41,916 bases of DNA from a virus, in UHGV virus genome UHGV-0385690; one strand, written 5' to 3'. The notes below the pieces were generated by a model that saw only the letters and a list, made by a program, of their open reading frames with translations, did not search any database and had not been told where the DNA came from. A program made the position numbers and the translations under genes. Below, piece by piece: positions 8,067 to 17,043 of this stretch; position 1 is the first letter of the stretch; each line of letters begins with the position of its first letter.

Positions 8067-9578
8067 TTACACTCTTATAACACGGCTCCTACGCTCCCGC
8101 TCTTCTTTGTATAGGTCAAGTGGATCTTCAAGAGGCAGTGGTTTTTCCCTGTGCTTACGGATTGCTATGATACGCGACATAAGCACATATCTGCATTCAT
8201 CATAAATATGGTCCTCCTGCTTTGTATCTACGTCCTCCACGTTTTCTTCGTCATATACAAGGTTAGGTACCGTACGAATGAAATCTTTGCAATTCTTAAA
8301 CACATAAAACATAGAGCGTCCATGTTCGTCAAAAGCCATACGATAATGACACTGCATCTTTCCAGCAATTCTATGGTTATCGCCAGGCACCCAATATACG
8401 CCCAGATTCGCCATAGTATCTGCTATGGACGGCCCTCGGTCCTTTGCAAATATGGACGGGTCTGCAATCCCTGTGATTCTCCTTCCTTTCAGGTTCGGGT
8501 CTGTTTCTTCAATGGCGCGAATCTGTCTTGCCACTTCTGCCGGCTGTATTTTAATTCCTACATTGGGGCTGTCCTTCTTCATTCCGTATAACTCCCGTAT
8601 TCGATAAATACATCCAGTATAATCCACTGCGAACCATCCAACCGAAAACGGTTTTGCATAACCATGGTCATATCCACGCATGATTTCCCATCCTTCCGGT
8701 ATCTTGAACGGGTTAATTACATGGCTCCATTGCTGCGTATCATATCCATCCTGGTCATTTTTCCATTCTTCAAATACCTGACCGTTAAAGGAATTCCAGT
8801 CTCCTTCTAACAATGCCCTACGTTCCGCCTCAGGCATCATTGCTAGGGATGCTACATAATCCGGATTATTACGTATCAGGTCCGGATTATCAAATACTTT
8901 ACTTTGAATGAAAATTCGGTCCCTGGTGCTCCGTATGATGTCTCCATTTGGTCCCTTCACTTCCTTGGTTTCTACAATTGGCGTCCCTGGTTTGGCTGGT
9001 GTAATGAATCTTGCTTTTACCCATCCATGGCCCGGTCCGCCTGGATTAGCTGTGGAACGTATGTACTTACGTAACCCCGGCGCGCTTGAACGCGTGCGGG
9101 AGAACATATAGTTATATTCATCCCAGGTGAAATGGGTCAATTCATCAAACCCTACAAAATCAAAATGCCTGCCCTGATATTTTGTGCGGTCTTTTGTATG
9201 CTGCATCGAACTGAAATATATCTTGGCTCCGCTTGGGAAAGTCCATCTATGACTACTCACATTATATTTCGCTTTTGGGTATGCACCCGCATACAGCTCT
9301 AAGGACCGGTTGATTAAGTCCTCCAGCTCCGGATATGTCTTTCGAAATATGACAGCCCTATAAGCTTTTATATGTACCTGTCTCAATGCCTCAACTAATA
9401 GATAATCTGACTTACCTCCTCCAGCAGCTCCGCCATACAAGCCTTCAAACTCCATCCGACACATCATAGCTAGCTGTCTTGCTGATGGAGCCCAGAGGAT
9501 GTTGTGGGTCTGGACAAATTCTTTTGCGTCAAATGCTTTCTGTTTCTTTTCACTCTGTAACTTGCTGTTCTTTTTCAC
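8067..9578 (-). CDS. terL: terminase large subunit
   Basis: Walker A motif GGAAGGGKSD, an ATPase core, and C-terminal nuclease-type acidic motifs. Overlaps the terS 3' end. Confidence 0.8.
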   Translation of the reverse strand: MKKNSKLQSEKKQKAFDAKEFVQTHNILWAPSARQLAMMCRMEFEGLYGGAAGGGKSDYLLVEALRQVHIKAYRAVIFRKTYPELEDLINRSLELYAGAYPKAKYNVSSHRWTFPSGAKIYFSSMQHTKDRTKYQGRHFDFVGFDELTHFTWDEYNYMFSRTRSSAPGLRKYIRSTANPGGPGHGWVKARFITPAKPGTPIVETKEVKGPNGDIIRSTRDRIFIQSKVFDNPDLIRNNPDYVASLAMMPEAERRALLEGDWNSFNGQVFEEWKNDQDGYDTQQWSHVINPFKIPEGWEIMRGYDHGYAKPFSVGWFAVDYTGCIYRIRELYGMKKDSPNVGIKIQPAEVARQIRAIEETDPNLKGRRITGIADPSIFAKDRGPSIADTMANLGVYWVPGDNHRIAGKMQCHYRMAFDEHGRSMFYVFKNCKDFIRTVPNLVYDEENVEDVDTKQEDHIYDECRYVLMSRIIAIRKHREKPLPLEDPLDLYKEERERRSRVIRV

Positions 9579-10101
9579 TTTGTTCCTGTGCCACCTCCAT
9601 CAACTTTTTAATTTCATCGGCCTGCTCTGTTCCCATCACAATCAAACCAACCCCGTTTTCATCTTCTATGTTGCTATTTTTAATTTCCTCACATCTCTTG
9701 CGCCATTCCGGCATCCGGTTCTCCAACCAGAATACAATGGCTTTTGTATCCCCATCTACATGCACAGTCTCCTCTGCGTATTCAATCACTTCATCCTCTT
9801 TTACTTTTTTGCCGTTCTCATACGTTATATGTCTTGTTTTGATGGGTTTTTTATTTGTCACCGTGTACCCAAGAGCCGCCCTATATAGGCTATTCTCCAC
9901 AAGGCGGTCTGCATAATCCTTCCCCGTTGACAATGCTTCACCTATTTTTTCATGTTTCTTTTTCCACTCCCCCAGGGTGGAGCGGCTTATCCCTACCAAT
10001 TTGGCTATTTCATCGTCAGTTTTCCCAGCCCTGGCCCAGGCCGCCAGAATAGTAAGCTTATCCTTGTTCTCTGCCCATTCCTGCCATTTCTGTCTTGCCA
10101 T
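9550..10101 (-). CDS. terS: terminase small subunit
   Basis: 183 aa with an N-terminal HTH (DDEIAKLVGISRSTLGEWKK) and an AAGGAGG RBS, directly upstream of terL. Confidence 0.7.
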   Translation of the reverse strand: MARQKWQEWAENKDKLTILAAWARAGKTDDEIAKLVGISRSTLGEWKKKHEKIGEALSTGKDYADRLVENSLYRAALGYTVTNKKPIKTRHITYENGKKVKEDEVIEYAEETVHVDGDTKAIVFWLENRMPEWRKRCEEIKNSNIEDENGVGLIVMGTEQADEIKKLMEVAQEQSEKEQQVTE

Positions 10102-10229
10102 TCCACACCTCCTTGAAGGCTATTATACGCGTTCCATTTTTTTGAATCCAACACCCCAAACTCTGGTCGATTTTGTCCGGTTTTCACCACACAAAAAAGA
10201 CGCCGAACGCGTCAGTTCATTCCGATTCT

Positions 10230-10264
10230 CGCGCGCGTGCGCATACACATGTGCGTGTGCGCGC
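10230..10264. repeat. 35-nt perfectly alternating pyrimidine/purine tract (cgcgcgcgtgcgcatacacatgtgcgtgtgcgcgc), quasi-palindromic around CACATGTG
   Basis: Read directly from the sequence. It lies in the gap between the Rep-like gene and terS. Confidence 0.8.
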
Positions 10265-10285
10265 CTTCTGGTGTCCGGTTTTGTC

Positions 10286-10612
10286 TTAACTTCCATCCCC
10301 GGTCCTTTGGTAGATTGCTTTATAGTACGGGCAAGTGTCGTACATATCGGCACAAAACAGCTCCTGATAATTTTTCTTTTCTTCATGGCTTGTAAACTCC
10401 AGCTTATTCCTGACTTCAAACCCCAGGTTATTTTCTATGTTCTCACAGGTAATGGTTGGAGATTTTTTATTATACCGGCTGACCGTTATACAATATGGGC
10501 ATCGTACCTCTTTCTTTTGGCGCACCCTCTCACATCCCTTCTTTACGCATACCAAACGGCAGCCCTTATCTGGACCGCTTTTTCTTTTGTTGTCGCTTTG
10601 CGGCCTTGTCAT
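10286..10612 (-). CDS. Cys-rich small protein (possible zinc-binding protein)
   Basis: ORF with CRLVCVKKGCERVRQKKEVRCPYC. Its start is uncertain. It overlaps the 3' end of the Rep-like gene in another frame. Confidence 0.25.
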   Translation of the reverse strand: MTRPQSDNKRKSGPDKGCRLVCVKKGCERVRQKKEVRCPYCITVSRYNKKSPTITCENIENNLGFEVRNKLEFTSHEEKKNYQELFCADMYDTCPYYKAIYQRTGDGS

Positions 10613-11372
10613 GGGCGGCCATATGGTAACCCGGTAACAATACAAGGGTGTATTCCAGGAATTCATAACCATTTTCCTGTATACCCGATTGTATGGTCTC
10701 TTTTTCCAGATAATATCCTTCTGGTACCTCAATGGCTCCTGGATCTATCCGTCTGCGTTTTCTAACTTTGGCTTTTTCCGGTTCTGGGCGTACCAGATTC
10801 TGAGATGGGTTATATCGCTTCCCCTGTAACCTTCCCTCTGTCCGCATAGTCTTATCTGAATATTTGATAAAATAAGCGGCCAACTTATGATAGCTCCCAC
10901 TCTCATCCATTGGTATTGCATTAATCCATCCATGGGGCCACGCTGCTTTTAATTCCCTTACATCTATTCCACCTGACTGAACCATATGTATATGCTCTGC
11001 ACCACGCTCTCCACGTTCGCCTACCCAGATATACTTTAAACGGATACCCGCCCTTCGATAGAGCTTCCTCAGCTGTTTTAAAAACTGCTTTACATAGGCT
11101 CTAAATTTTTTTGGTTCCCCCGGCCTCTTGTTCTTTTCAAAACTATATGTTACATACAGGTCAGCCCCAGAAAAATTCGCATCCATGATCCATGTCAAGG
11201 TACGGTATGCGTTTTTACGGTTTACCTCTGCCTGTTTCTCGCTGGTGGGCTTTTCCCGCTTTGCCCGCCTTTCTTTCATCCCTGTCAGTTTTCCATCGTT
11301 ATATTTCGCTGAATAATACGCACGGATGTTCTTAGTTCTCCCCGCATAGCATACACTTTCTATACACGCCAT
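10566..11372 (-). CDS. rolling-circle replication initiator-like protein (HUH superfamily, gpA-type)
   Basis: HUH motif AEHIHMVQ followed by a double-tyrosine motif AAYFIKYSDK (Y-x-x-K-Y-x-x-K), as in phiX174/P2 gpA-type Rep. Basic C-terminal tail. Confidence 0.45.
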   Translation of the reverse strand: MACIESVCYAGRTKNIRAYYSAKYNDGKLTGMKERRAKREKPTSEKQAEVNRKNAYRTLTWIMDANFSGADLYVTYSFEKNKRPGEPKKFRAYVKQFLKQLRKLYRRAGIRLKYIWVGERGERGAEHIHMVQSGGIDVRELKAAWPHGWINAIPMDESGSYHKLAAYFIKYSDKTMRTEGRLQGKRYNPSQNLVRPEPEKAKVRKRRRIDPGAIEVPEGYYLEKETIQSGIQENGYEFLEYTLVLLPGYHMAAHDKAAKRQQKKKRSR

Positions 11373-11409
11373 TAGCCATTTACTCCCATCCTATGATCTC
11401 TCCCCCTGG

Positions 11410-11432
11410 AAACCAGGGGGAGGTTCTTATCT
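11410..11432. promoter_or_regulatory. perfect 10-bp stem / 3-nt loop hairpin (ctccccctgg-aaa-ccagggggag) 40 bp upstream of the Rep start; candidate origin or nick-site hairpin
   Basis: Read directly. A second hairpin gcgggg-acattg-ccccgc lies at 11453..11470. Confidence 0.4.
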
Positions 11433-11505
11433 TAATAAACTTATCGAGTTGGATGCGGGGACATTGCCCCGCTCATTTTCCCCGCAAGCTGTAAATATAT
11501 GTAAA

Positions 11506-12552
11506 TTATGCTGCCTTGTTTCTTACTACCCTCAGCGTGTCTGGGGTCGACTGCGCATAATATAATGAAGTCACTCTCGAATCTGCATGTCCCATAATCT
11601 CCTGTATTGTTCCTATGTCAACGCCTTTGTTCTTCAGTTCCATTCCCAGAGTTTTCCGCATTTTATGCGGATACACCCTGCTTGTTACACCGGCCCGCTT
11701 TGCTATGTCCTTAAGAATACCTCGTACGGCGCATGTAGATAATGCCTGATGCGGCTCCTTAGAGCTTACAAATATGGCTGGGTTATGATCTGTCCTGCTA
11801 TTCAGATATTTCCTATAATGATAGATAGCGTCCGGGTCCAGATACAATGTGCGGTATCGGTTGCCCTTCTCGCCTAAAATCATTACGTCTCCTGTCTCCC
11901 AATTAACCAGGTCAATTGTAATTGCAACTACCTCGCCTACTCTGGCTCCGGTACTACGCAATACCTCCAGTATGGCTCGCTCCCTCAGGCTTTCACAGCC
12001 ATCTTTCAATCGTGCCATCTCTTCCGGTGTGAAATAGTCAATCGGCTTTTTGGTAACCTTCTGCGGCTCGATTGCTTCAACCGGATTTGCACTAATCAGC
12101 TTTTCTTTACGCATCCAGGTAAAAAATGCGGAAAGAAACCGGCGCTCATTATTGATAGTCTTTGGTTGGTTCTTTCGTCCTGTTTGCGAAACGTTCTTGT
12201 GTTCGTACCAGTCAAGGTAATAATAAATGTCTGGTTCTTCCATTTCGGTCAATGGTTTATATACCAAAGTGACCAAGCGCTTAATAGCACTTACATAACC
12301 ATACTTTGTCCCCTCTGCTAATTTCTTCTTTTTATATAGGAAGAGTTGCAATATGTATCCGTTCTGATTATCTATGCTGTCTTTCATTTCCATTGGCAGC
12401 GTATTAATCCTCTCAATCACTACGTCAACCAGATTCTTTGTTAGCACTCTTTCCAGCATTTCTAGCACGTCACTGCTCAGATAGTACGTCATTGCCACAA
12501 TTACGTTATTAATAATTTCCGCTTTTACACTCTGATTATCTGTATTACTCAT
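11506..12552 (-). CDS. tyrosine recombinase (phage integrase family), second copy
   Basis: R...HxxR...Y catalytic pattern: RSTGARVGEV, HKMRKT, GHADSRVTSLYY. N-terminal core-binding-type domain. Confidence 0.75.
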   Translation of the reverse strand: MSNTDNQSVKAEIINNVIVAMTYYLSSDVLEMLERVLTKNLVDVVIERINTLPMEMKDSIDNQNGYILQLFLYKKKKLAEGTKYGYVSAIKRLVTLVYKPLTEMEEPDIYYYLDWYEHKNVSQTGRKNQPKTINNERRFLSAFFTWMRKEKLISANPVEAIEPQKVTKKPIDYFTPEEMARLKDGCESLRERAILEVLRSTGARVGEVVAITIDLVNWETGDVMILGEKGNRYRTLYLDPDAIYHYRKYLNSRTDHNPAIFVSSKEPHQALSTCAVRGILKDIAKRAGVTSRVYPHKMRKTLGMELKNKGVDIGTIQEIMGHADSRVTSLYYAQSTPDTLRVVRNKAA

Positions 12553-12617
12553 AACCCTTCCTCCTTCGTATTGCTTAAGGAATCAGAATATGGTATACTG
12601 TCCTTAAGCGTAAGGGC

Positions 12618-12668
12618 GGTACAGATAACTTTGGTCGGTTGATGTACCGCCCGTTTTCTTTTCTCCTG
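12618..12668 (+). terminator. rho-independent terminator-like hairpin (gggcggtaca-n19-tgtaccgccc followed by gttttcttttct)
   Basis: Perfect 10-bp stem followed by a T-run on the plus strand. Confidence 0.4.
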
Positions 12669-12711
12669 TCTGGTGTTCTACGATTTCCATTGCTATCACC
12701 TCTTTCTCGTT

Positions 12712-12775
12712 TTCTTCGAATGGGCTGTCATGGATTCGAACCATGCCGCTAGGAGTAATTCAGCGGCCCCGATGG
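12712..12775 (-). other. tRNA-like element lacking a D-arm (candidate tRNA-derived att site)
   Basis: Minus strand reads GGGCTGT-TG-CCATCGGGG-CCGCT-GAATTACTCCT-AGCGG-CATGG-TTCGAAT-CCATG-ACAGCCC-A. It has a 7-bp acceptor stem and a consensus T-arm GGTTCGAATCC, but a 5-bp stem with an 11-nt loop, no D-arm, and no encoded CCA. Confidence 0.4.
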
Positions 12776-12790
12776 CAACAGCCCTATGTG

Positions 12791-13081
12791 CTATATGACC
12801 AGTATCCAACCAACTAAGTTCACATCGTGCTTTTCAATGCTTACAAGTTCTATATCCTCCATTAATTCTTTTACTGTTTTCTTGATTGGCACCTGTTCAA
12901 CGATTTTTTCAGCAGTTAACTCTGCCTGCTCTTTTAGCAAATCATTGACTTCATCACGCTGTCCTTTTCTCACTTCTTTTGGCATAAGCAAATAAGAACC
13001 ATATGCCTTCCCCGGATACCTTTCTGTCAATATCTTCACTATCTCACTCCATCTGGTTTCAACTTCATGCATCTTTTCCAT
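12791..13081 (-). CDS. hypothetical protein (96 aa)
   Basis: ORF downstream of the RHH gene in the same orientation. Confidence 0.4.
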   Translation of the reverse strand: MEKMHEVETRWSEIVKILTERYPGKAYGSYLLMPKEVRKGQRDEVNDLLKEQAELTAEKIVEQVPIKKTVKELMEDIELVSIEKHDVNLVGWILVI

Positions 13082-13132
13082 TTGCTCCTTTAACTTCTAA
13101 ATATCAGTTTTGTTGTGTAATAATACTTATCG

Positions 13133-13318
13133 TTACGCAACATTATCATTAAGATACTTGTCCAGGGCCTGCCGGATTACCCAGCTTATGGCCCTGTCCT
13201 CCTTCTGGCAGAAGGCGGTTACCCGTTTCAGTTGCTCCGGGTCCATGCTTATATTCTGCCGGATATACTTTTTATCGGTTTCTTTCTTCGGTCGTGCCAT
13301 ACTTCCGCCTCCTTTCAA
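13133..13318 (-). CDS. ribbon-helix-helix (CopG/Arc-type) DNA-binding protein
   Basis: 61 aa: PKKETDKKYIRQNISMDPEQLKRVTAFCQKEDRAISWVIRQALDKYL. Confidence 0.5.
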   Translation of the reverse strand: MKGGGSMARPKKETDKKYIRQNISMDPEQLKRVTAFCQKEDRAISWVIRQALDKYLNDNVA

Positions 13319-13619
13319 TTTCTACTTTACTTTTTTCTTTTCGTGGCCTATACTAACACTAAGCCAAGGAGAGTGAGTAACCCAAATTAATGAAGCGGCT
13401 AAAGAAGGAGATTGCTAATGCAATCTTCTTTTTTATTACAATCTCCTTTCATCTCTAAATGCTACTACAATGTATTTATGGGTAAAGTACACGACAGCCA
13501 GTCGTGTCTATATCCATCTTGTTGCTAAAGCTGTTAGAATAGAGAGTGCAATGGGCTGACGGCCAAAATGCTGGACTTTTCGTCCGTAAATTAGTCTGTC
13601 TGCCGGCCTCTCATTCGCA

Positions 13620-15030
13620 GCCGTTCGTTTTATGCAGGTTGAACTGCTGGTTACCAGTACGTCCGTGTCACACCACAGTAGATAGAATCGGCAATGAGTA
13701 AAGGTTGGGTTCCCATTACAAATCTAAATAAGGAGTTGGATCTATGAACGCAGTTGGTATTGATGTTTCTAAAGGTAAAAGTATGGTTGCTGCCCTCCGC
13801 CCGTTCGGCGAAATTGTTGCCAAGCCATTTGAAGTTCCGCATACTTCCAGTGGTTTCCATCAGCTAGTTGATCAGCTCAATTCTCTGGACGGTAGTACTC
13901 GGATTATCATGGAGCATACAGGACGGTATTACGAACCTATGGCCCGATGGCTCTCTGACTCTGGTTTCTTTGTCAGTACGGTTAATCCAAAGCTGATTAA
14001 GGATTACGGCAATAACACTCTCCGTAAAGTTAAAACAGATAAAGCTGATTCCGTTAAGATTGCACGCTATGCTCTTGACAACTGGCAGGATTTGCGCCAG
14101 TATACCAGTATGGATATCATTCGCAATCAATTAAAAACCATGAATCACCAGTTCAGCTTCTACATGAAACAGAAAACCTCTTACAAGAACAACCTCATCT
14201 CCCTGCTGGATCAGACTTACCCTGGCATTAATGACTTCTTTGACAGTCCTGCCCGCAGCGATGGCAGCCAGAAATGGGTAGACTTTGTTTCCTCATTCTG
14301 GCACGTGGACTGTGTGCGTTCTCTTGGGCTTGCTACGTTTACTGAGCGCTATCAAAAATGGTGCAAACGGCACGGCTATAACTTCCAACCAGAGAAACCA
14401 GCACAGATTTATTCGTTTTCCAAAGAACTGATTTCCGTGTTCACGAAAGACTCTGTGACTAAGTTTTTGGTTAAGCAGGCTGTGGAGCAGCTCAATACGG
14501 TATCTTTCACAGTGGAACAGCTCCGCCTGGAAATGAACCGTCTCGCCGCCCAACTGCCAGAGTATCAGGTAGTCATGGCCATGAAGGGGGTAGGCCCCTC
14601 ACTCGGCCCTCAACTTATGGCCGAAATAGGCGATCTCTCTCGCTTTTCCCATCGTGAAGCATTAACTGCATTTGCCGGTGTGGACCCTGGGGTCAATCAA
14701 TCCGGCACCTATGAGGCACGTAGTGTCCGTACATCCAAGCGAGGATCACCGCAGCTGCGCAAAACGTTGTTTCAGATCATGGACGTCCTAATTAAGTCCG
14801 CTCCTTCCGATGACGCTGTTTATCGCTTTCTGGACAAGAAACGTTCAGAAGGGAAGCCGTACTATGTCTACATGACTGCCGGTGCCAATAAGTTCCTGCG
14901 AATCTACTATGGCCGTGTGAAGGAGTATTTAGCTGCCTTACCCAAACCAGAATAACCTTGACTTAACATCCAATAGGCCAGCGTTTTACGGTGGTCTTTT
15001 TGTAGTTCCTAAACGCTGCATAAAACTTTT
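13620..15030 (+). mobile_element. IS110-family insertion sequence (about 1.4 kb)
   Basis: A DEDD-type transposase gene is flanked by an 11-bp inverted repeat: gttttatgcag at 13627..13637 and ctgcataaaac at 15017..15027. Coding runs opposite to every neighbouring gene. Confidence 0.6.
13744..14955 (+). CDS. IS110-family (DEDD) transposase
   Basis: N-terminal MNAVGIDVSKGKS...MEHTGRYYEP (DEDD/RuvC-like), a C-terminal transposase_20-like region, and an AAGGAG RBS. Confidence 0.8.
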   Translation: MNAVGIDVSKGKSMVAALRPFGEIVAKPFEVPHTSSGFHQLVDQLNSLDGSTRIIMEHTGRYYEPMARWLSDSGFFVSTVNPKLIKDYGNNTLRKVKTDKADSVKIARYALDNWQDLRQYTSMDIIRNQLKTMNHQFSFYMKQKTSYKNNLISLLDQTYPGINDFFDSPARSDGSQKWVDFVSSFWHVDCVRSLGLATFTERYQKWCKRHGYNFQPEKPAQIYSFSKELISVFTKDSVTKFLVKQAVEQLNTVSFTVEQLRLEMNRLAAQLPEYQVVMAMKGVGPSLGPQLMAEIGDLSRFSHREALTAFAGVDPGVNQSGTYEARSVRTSKRGSPQLRKTLFQIMDVLIKSAPSDDAVYRFLDKKRSEGKPYYVYMTAGANKFLRIYYGRVKEYLAALPKPE

Positions 15031-15074
15031 TTGCAAACTTCCTCAATTCTCTATTGACTTTTCATTTGCAGGCT

Positions 15075-15232
15075 AATTTACTGGTTCCCAATACCAGTCA
15101 ACCCGTTGCATGACAATTTCTTTAATATCCTCTTCTATTTCTTCGTCTGTCGCCCCGTCCGGATATTCCAGCTCATCCTCTACATCAGTACCAGCGTATC
15201 CATAATTAGCTTTATATTTTACTTTTCTCATT
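15075..15232 (-). CDS. small acidic ORF (52 aa)
   Basis: MRKVKYKANYGYAGTDVEDELEYPDGATDEEIEEDIKEIVMQRVDWYWEPVN. Not in the ORF track. Confidence 0.25.
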
Positions 15233-15445
15233 TTTCATCTCCGTCAAAATGTTAATTTTATCTGCTACTATCCTGCTCGCGGAAACTGTTGCAGAAAAAT
15301 ACTTCATGGATTCTTTCGTGCGTGATCGTCTCGCACTCACGGCAGTTATACCGTTCGCAGTTTATAACTGCACAATCTCTACATAGACACATATCCTCTG
15401 TTTGTTTACTGCACTTTGCCATTCCTTTCTCCTTAAAACCATAAT

Positions 15446-16243
15446 TTATAGGCCCAAAGGTAACTCTACCTGACCTATCTCATAATTCATCCACAAAGTT
15501 TCAACCCTGGGTATCCCAGCCTCTGCCTGTGTCTTCTTGCTAACCTTCCTCCATCCTATAAGCATCTGGTTATACAGGTCATTGTCATAGCCAGATAGCA
15601 GTACCTTTCCCGGATGCTCCACAAGCAGTTCCAACAGTTCAATATGTTCATTGTCTTCCATTTCATACCGGTAAAGATAATTTTTCCGTGTCCCATGTAA
15701 GTAAGGAGGGTCGACATACATAAATACATCCGGCGTATCATACCGTCTAATCAGTTCTATTGCTGGCAGATTCTCAATCTGAGCATTTTTTAAACGTTCC
15801 CCAGCTGCCAATAATCTCTCCGGCAAATTTCTCCATTCTTTTGTGGTATAAGGGCTTCTGGTTTGTTGGCTACTCCTGAATCCACTGAAATAGGCGTTAC
15901 TGGCCCCATAGCCCATCCAACACCGTACCGCAAACTTCCTTGCCTTTTCTATATCCGTATCCTTATCTAAATTTTCACGGGAACCATAATATTCATCCCT
16001 ACTATATGGCGTCATCTCCAGCTGGGTCATCAACTCCTGTGGCCTCTCCCGGATAACCCTAAAGTAGTTGACCACATTCCCATCCAGGTCATTCACTGTT
16101 TCGATTCTGGCCGGAGTTTTGTTAAAAAACACCGCCCCACTGCCAAAGTAGGGTTCCAGGTATACTTCATGTGGGGGTATGTATTCACAAATCCAGTCAG
16201 CAATGCGGTTCTTTGCTCCTGGATATTTCAATACACATTTCAT
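15446..16243 (-). CDS. dam: Dam-type N6-adenine DNA methyltransferase (orphan)
   Basis: KYPGAKNRIADWI, EPYFGSGAV (AdoMet motif I) and DPPY (motif IV). Confidence 0.8.
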   Translation of the reverse strand: MKCVLKYPGAKNRIADWICEYIPPHEVYLEPYFGSGAVFFNKTPARIETVNDLDGNVVNYFRVIRERPQELMTQLEMTPYSRDEYYGSRENLDKDTDIEKARKFAVRCWMGYGASNAYFSGFRSSQQTRSPYTTKEWRNLPERLLAAGERLKNAQIENLPAIELIRRYDTPDVFMYVDPPYLHGTRKNYLYRYEMEDNEHIELLELLVEHPGKVLLSGYDNDLYNQMLIGWRKVSKKTQAEAGIPRVETLWMNYEIGQVELPLGL

Positions 16244-16444
16244 AATTCACTCCTTTGCTAAATAACGATATAGTGGATGTGCGCCAGACCGGAACCCCTG
16301 GCCGTATAGTCCTCCATTATCTCTCCATAGGCACATCCGCTGCTGGTCTTACTGGTTGTGCATACACCAGAGCCATGCCAGCTATCTTTACACAGTCACG
16401 GTCCTGCGAATCAGGTACCGGTATGCGCTGCTGTATTATAAGCA

Positions 16445-16711
16445 TTACACGGGCATCTGGTATGGGCATGGGCTGCCAAGGTAACACCGGTCCACAAATG
16501 CCGCTGCCTCGCCGCTCTCCAGCGCTTTAATAGCCATCTCGTAAACCTGTATCTGCCTCTCTGCCTCTGCTATAAAAGCTATTTTTTCTGGTATCGTGTT
16601 TCCGACAATTCCAGTGCGCACCATTTGCTCCCATCCCTTATCTGTGGTTTGGTAGCGGTATGTATTAATGTGCTCCTGTAATATCGCAATTGCTCCTTGT
16701 CTATCTATCAT
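16445..16711 (-). CDS. hypothetical early protein
   Basis: ORF with a probable ATGA-coupled start at 16711. Confidence 0.4.
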   Translation of the reverse strand: MIDRQGAIAILQEHINTYRYQTTDKGWEQMVRTGIVGNTIPEKIAFIAEAERQIQVYEMAIKALESGEAAAFVDRCYLGSPCPYQMPV

Positions 16712-17043
16712 CCCTCTGCCTCCTGATGCATTTCGTCGTATTGGTACTGTAAGCGACATTCTTTACAGGTTTCGTAAGGTTCTCCATCTCCACATATGGT
16801 TCTTAATCCGGCACATAAGCCTTCTTCCATTCCTGGATATTCAAATTTGGTCATATAGCAATGAGCAATCGCATCTTCAATCCTTTTTTTATCTGCCTTT
16901 ATCTTTTTGAATGCCCAATCCAAAAGCATGAGCAAATCCGCTCTTGTTGTCGCATTATGAGTTTCCAGACTTAACTCCTTCTCTATTAAACCCATCTTTT
17001 TTTCGTACGGTAACCATTCAAATCTTTCTTTGTCATACTTCAT
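16708..17043 (-). CDS. hypothetical early protein (111 aa, Cys-containing)
   Basis: ORF with a 4-nt overlap with its upstream neighbour. Confidence 0.45.
   Translation of the reverse strand: MKYDKERFEWLPYEKKMGLIEKELSLETHNATTRADLLMLLDWAFKKIKADKKRIEDAIAHCYMTKFEYPGMEEGLCAGLRTICGDGEPYETCKECRLQYQYDEMHQEAEG

Noticed and set aside
10123-10419. 98-aa minus-strand ORF spanning the alternating Pu/Py tract
   Set aside because: Its translation (RRRAHAHVYAHAR) is simply the repeat. It has no RBS and lies in an intergenic packaging or origin-like region.
10286-10732. Full 148-aa Cys-rich ORF as an HNH endonuclease upstream of terS
   Set aside because: There is no HH/N pattern of HNH. The long form overlaps the Rep-like gene by 167 nt. 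Only a shorter, low-confidence zinc-binding ORF is retained.
13110-13376. 88-aa plus-strand ORF opposite the RHH gene
   Set aside because: Antisense to a plausible RHH regulator. No RBS.
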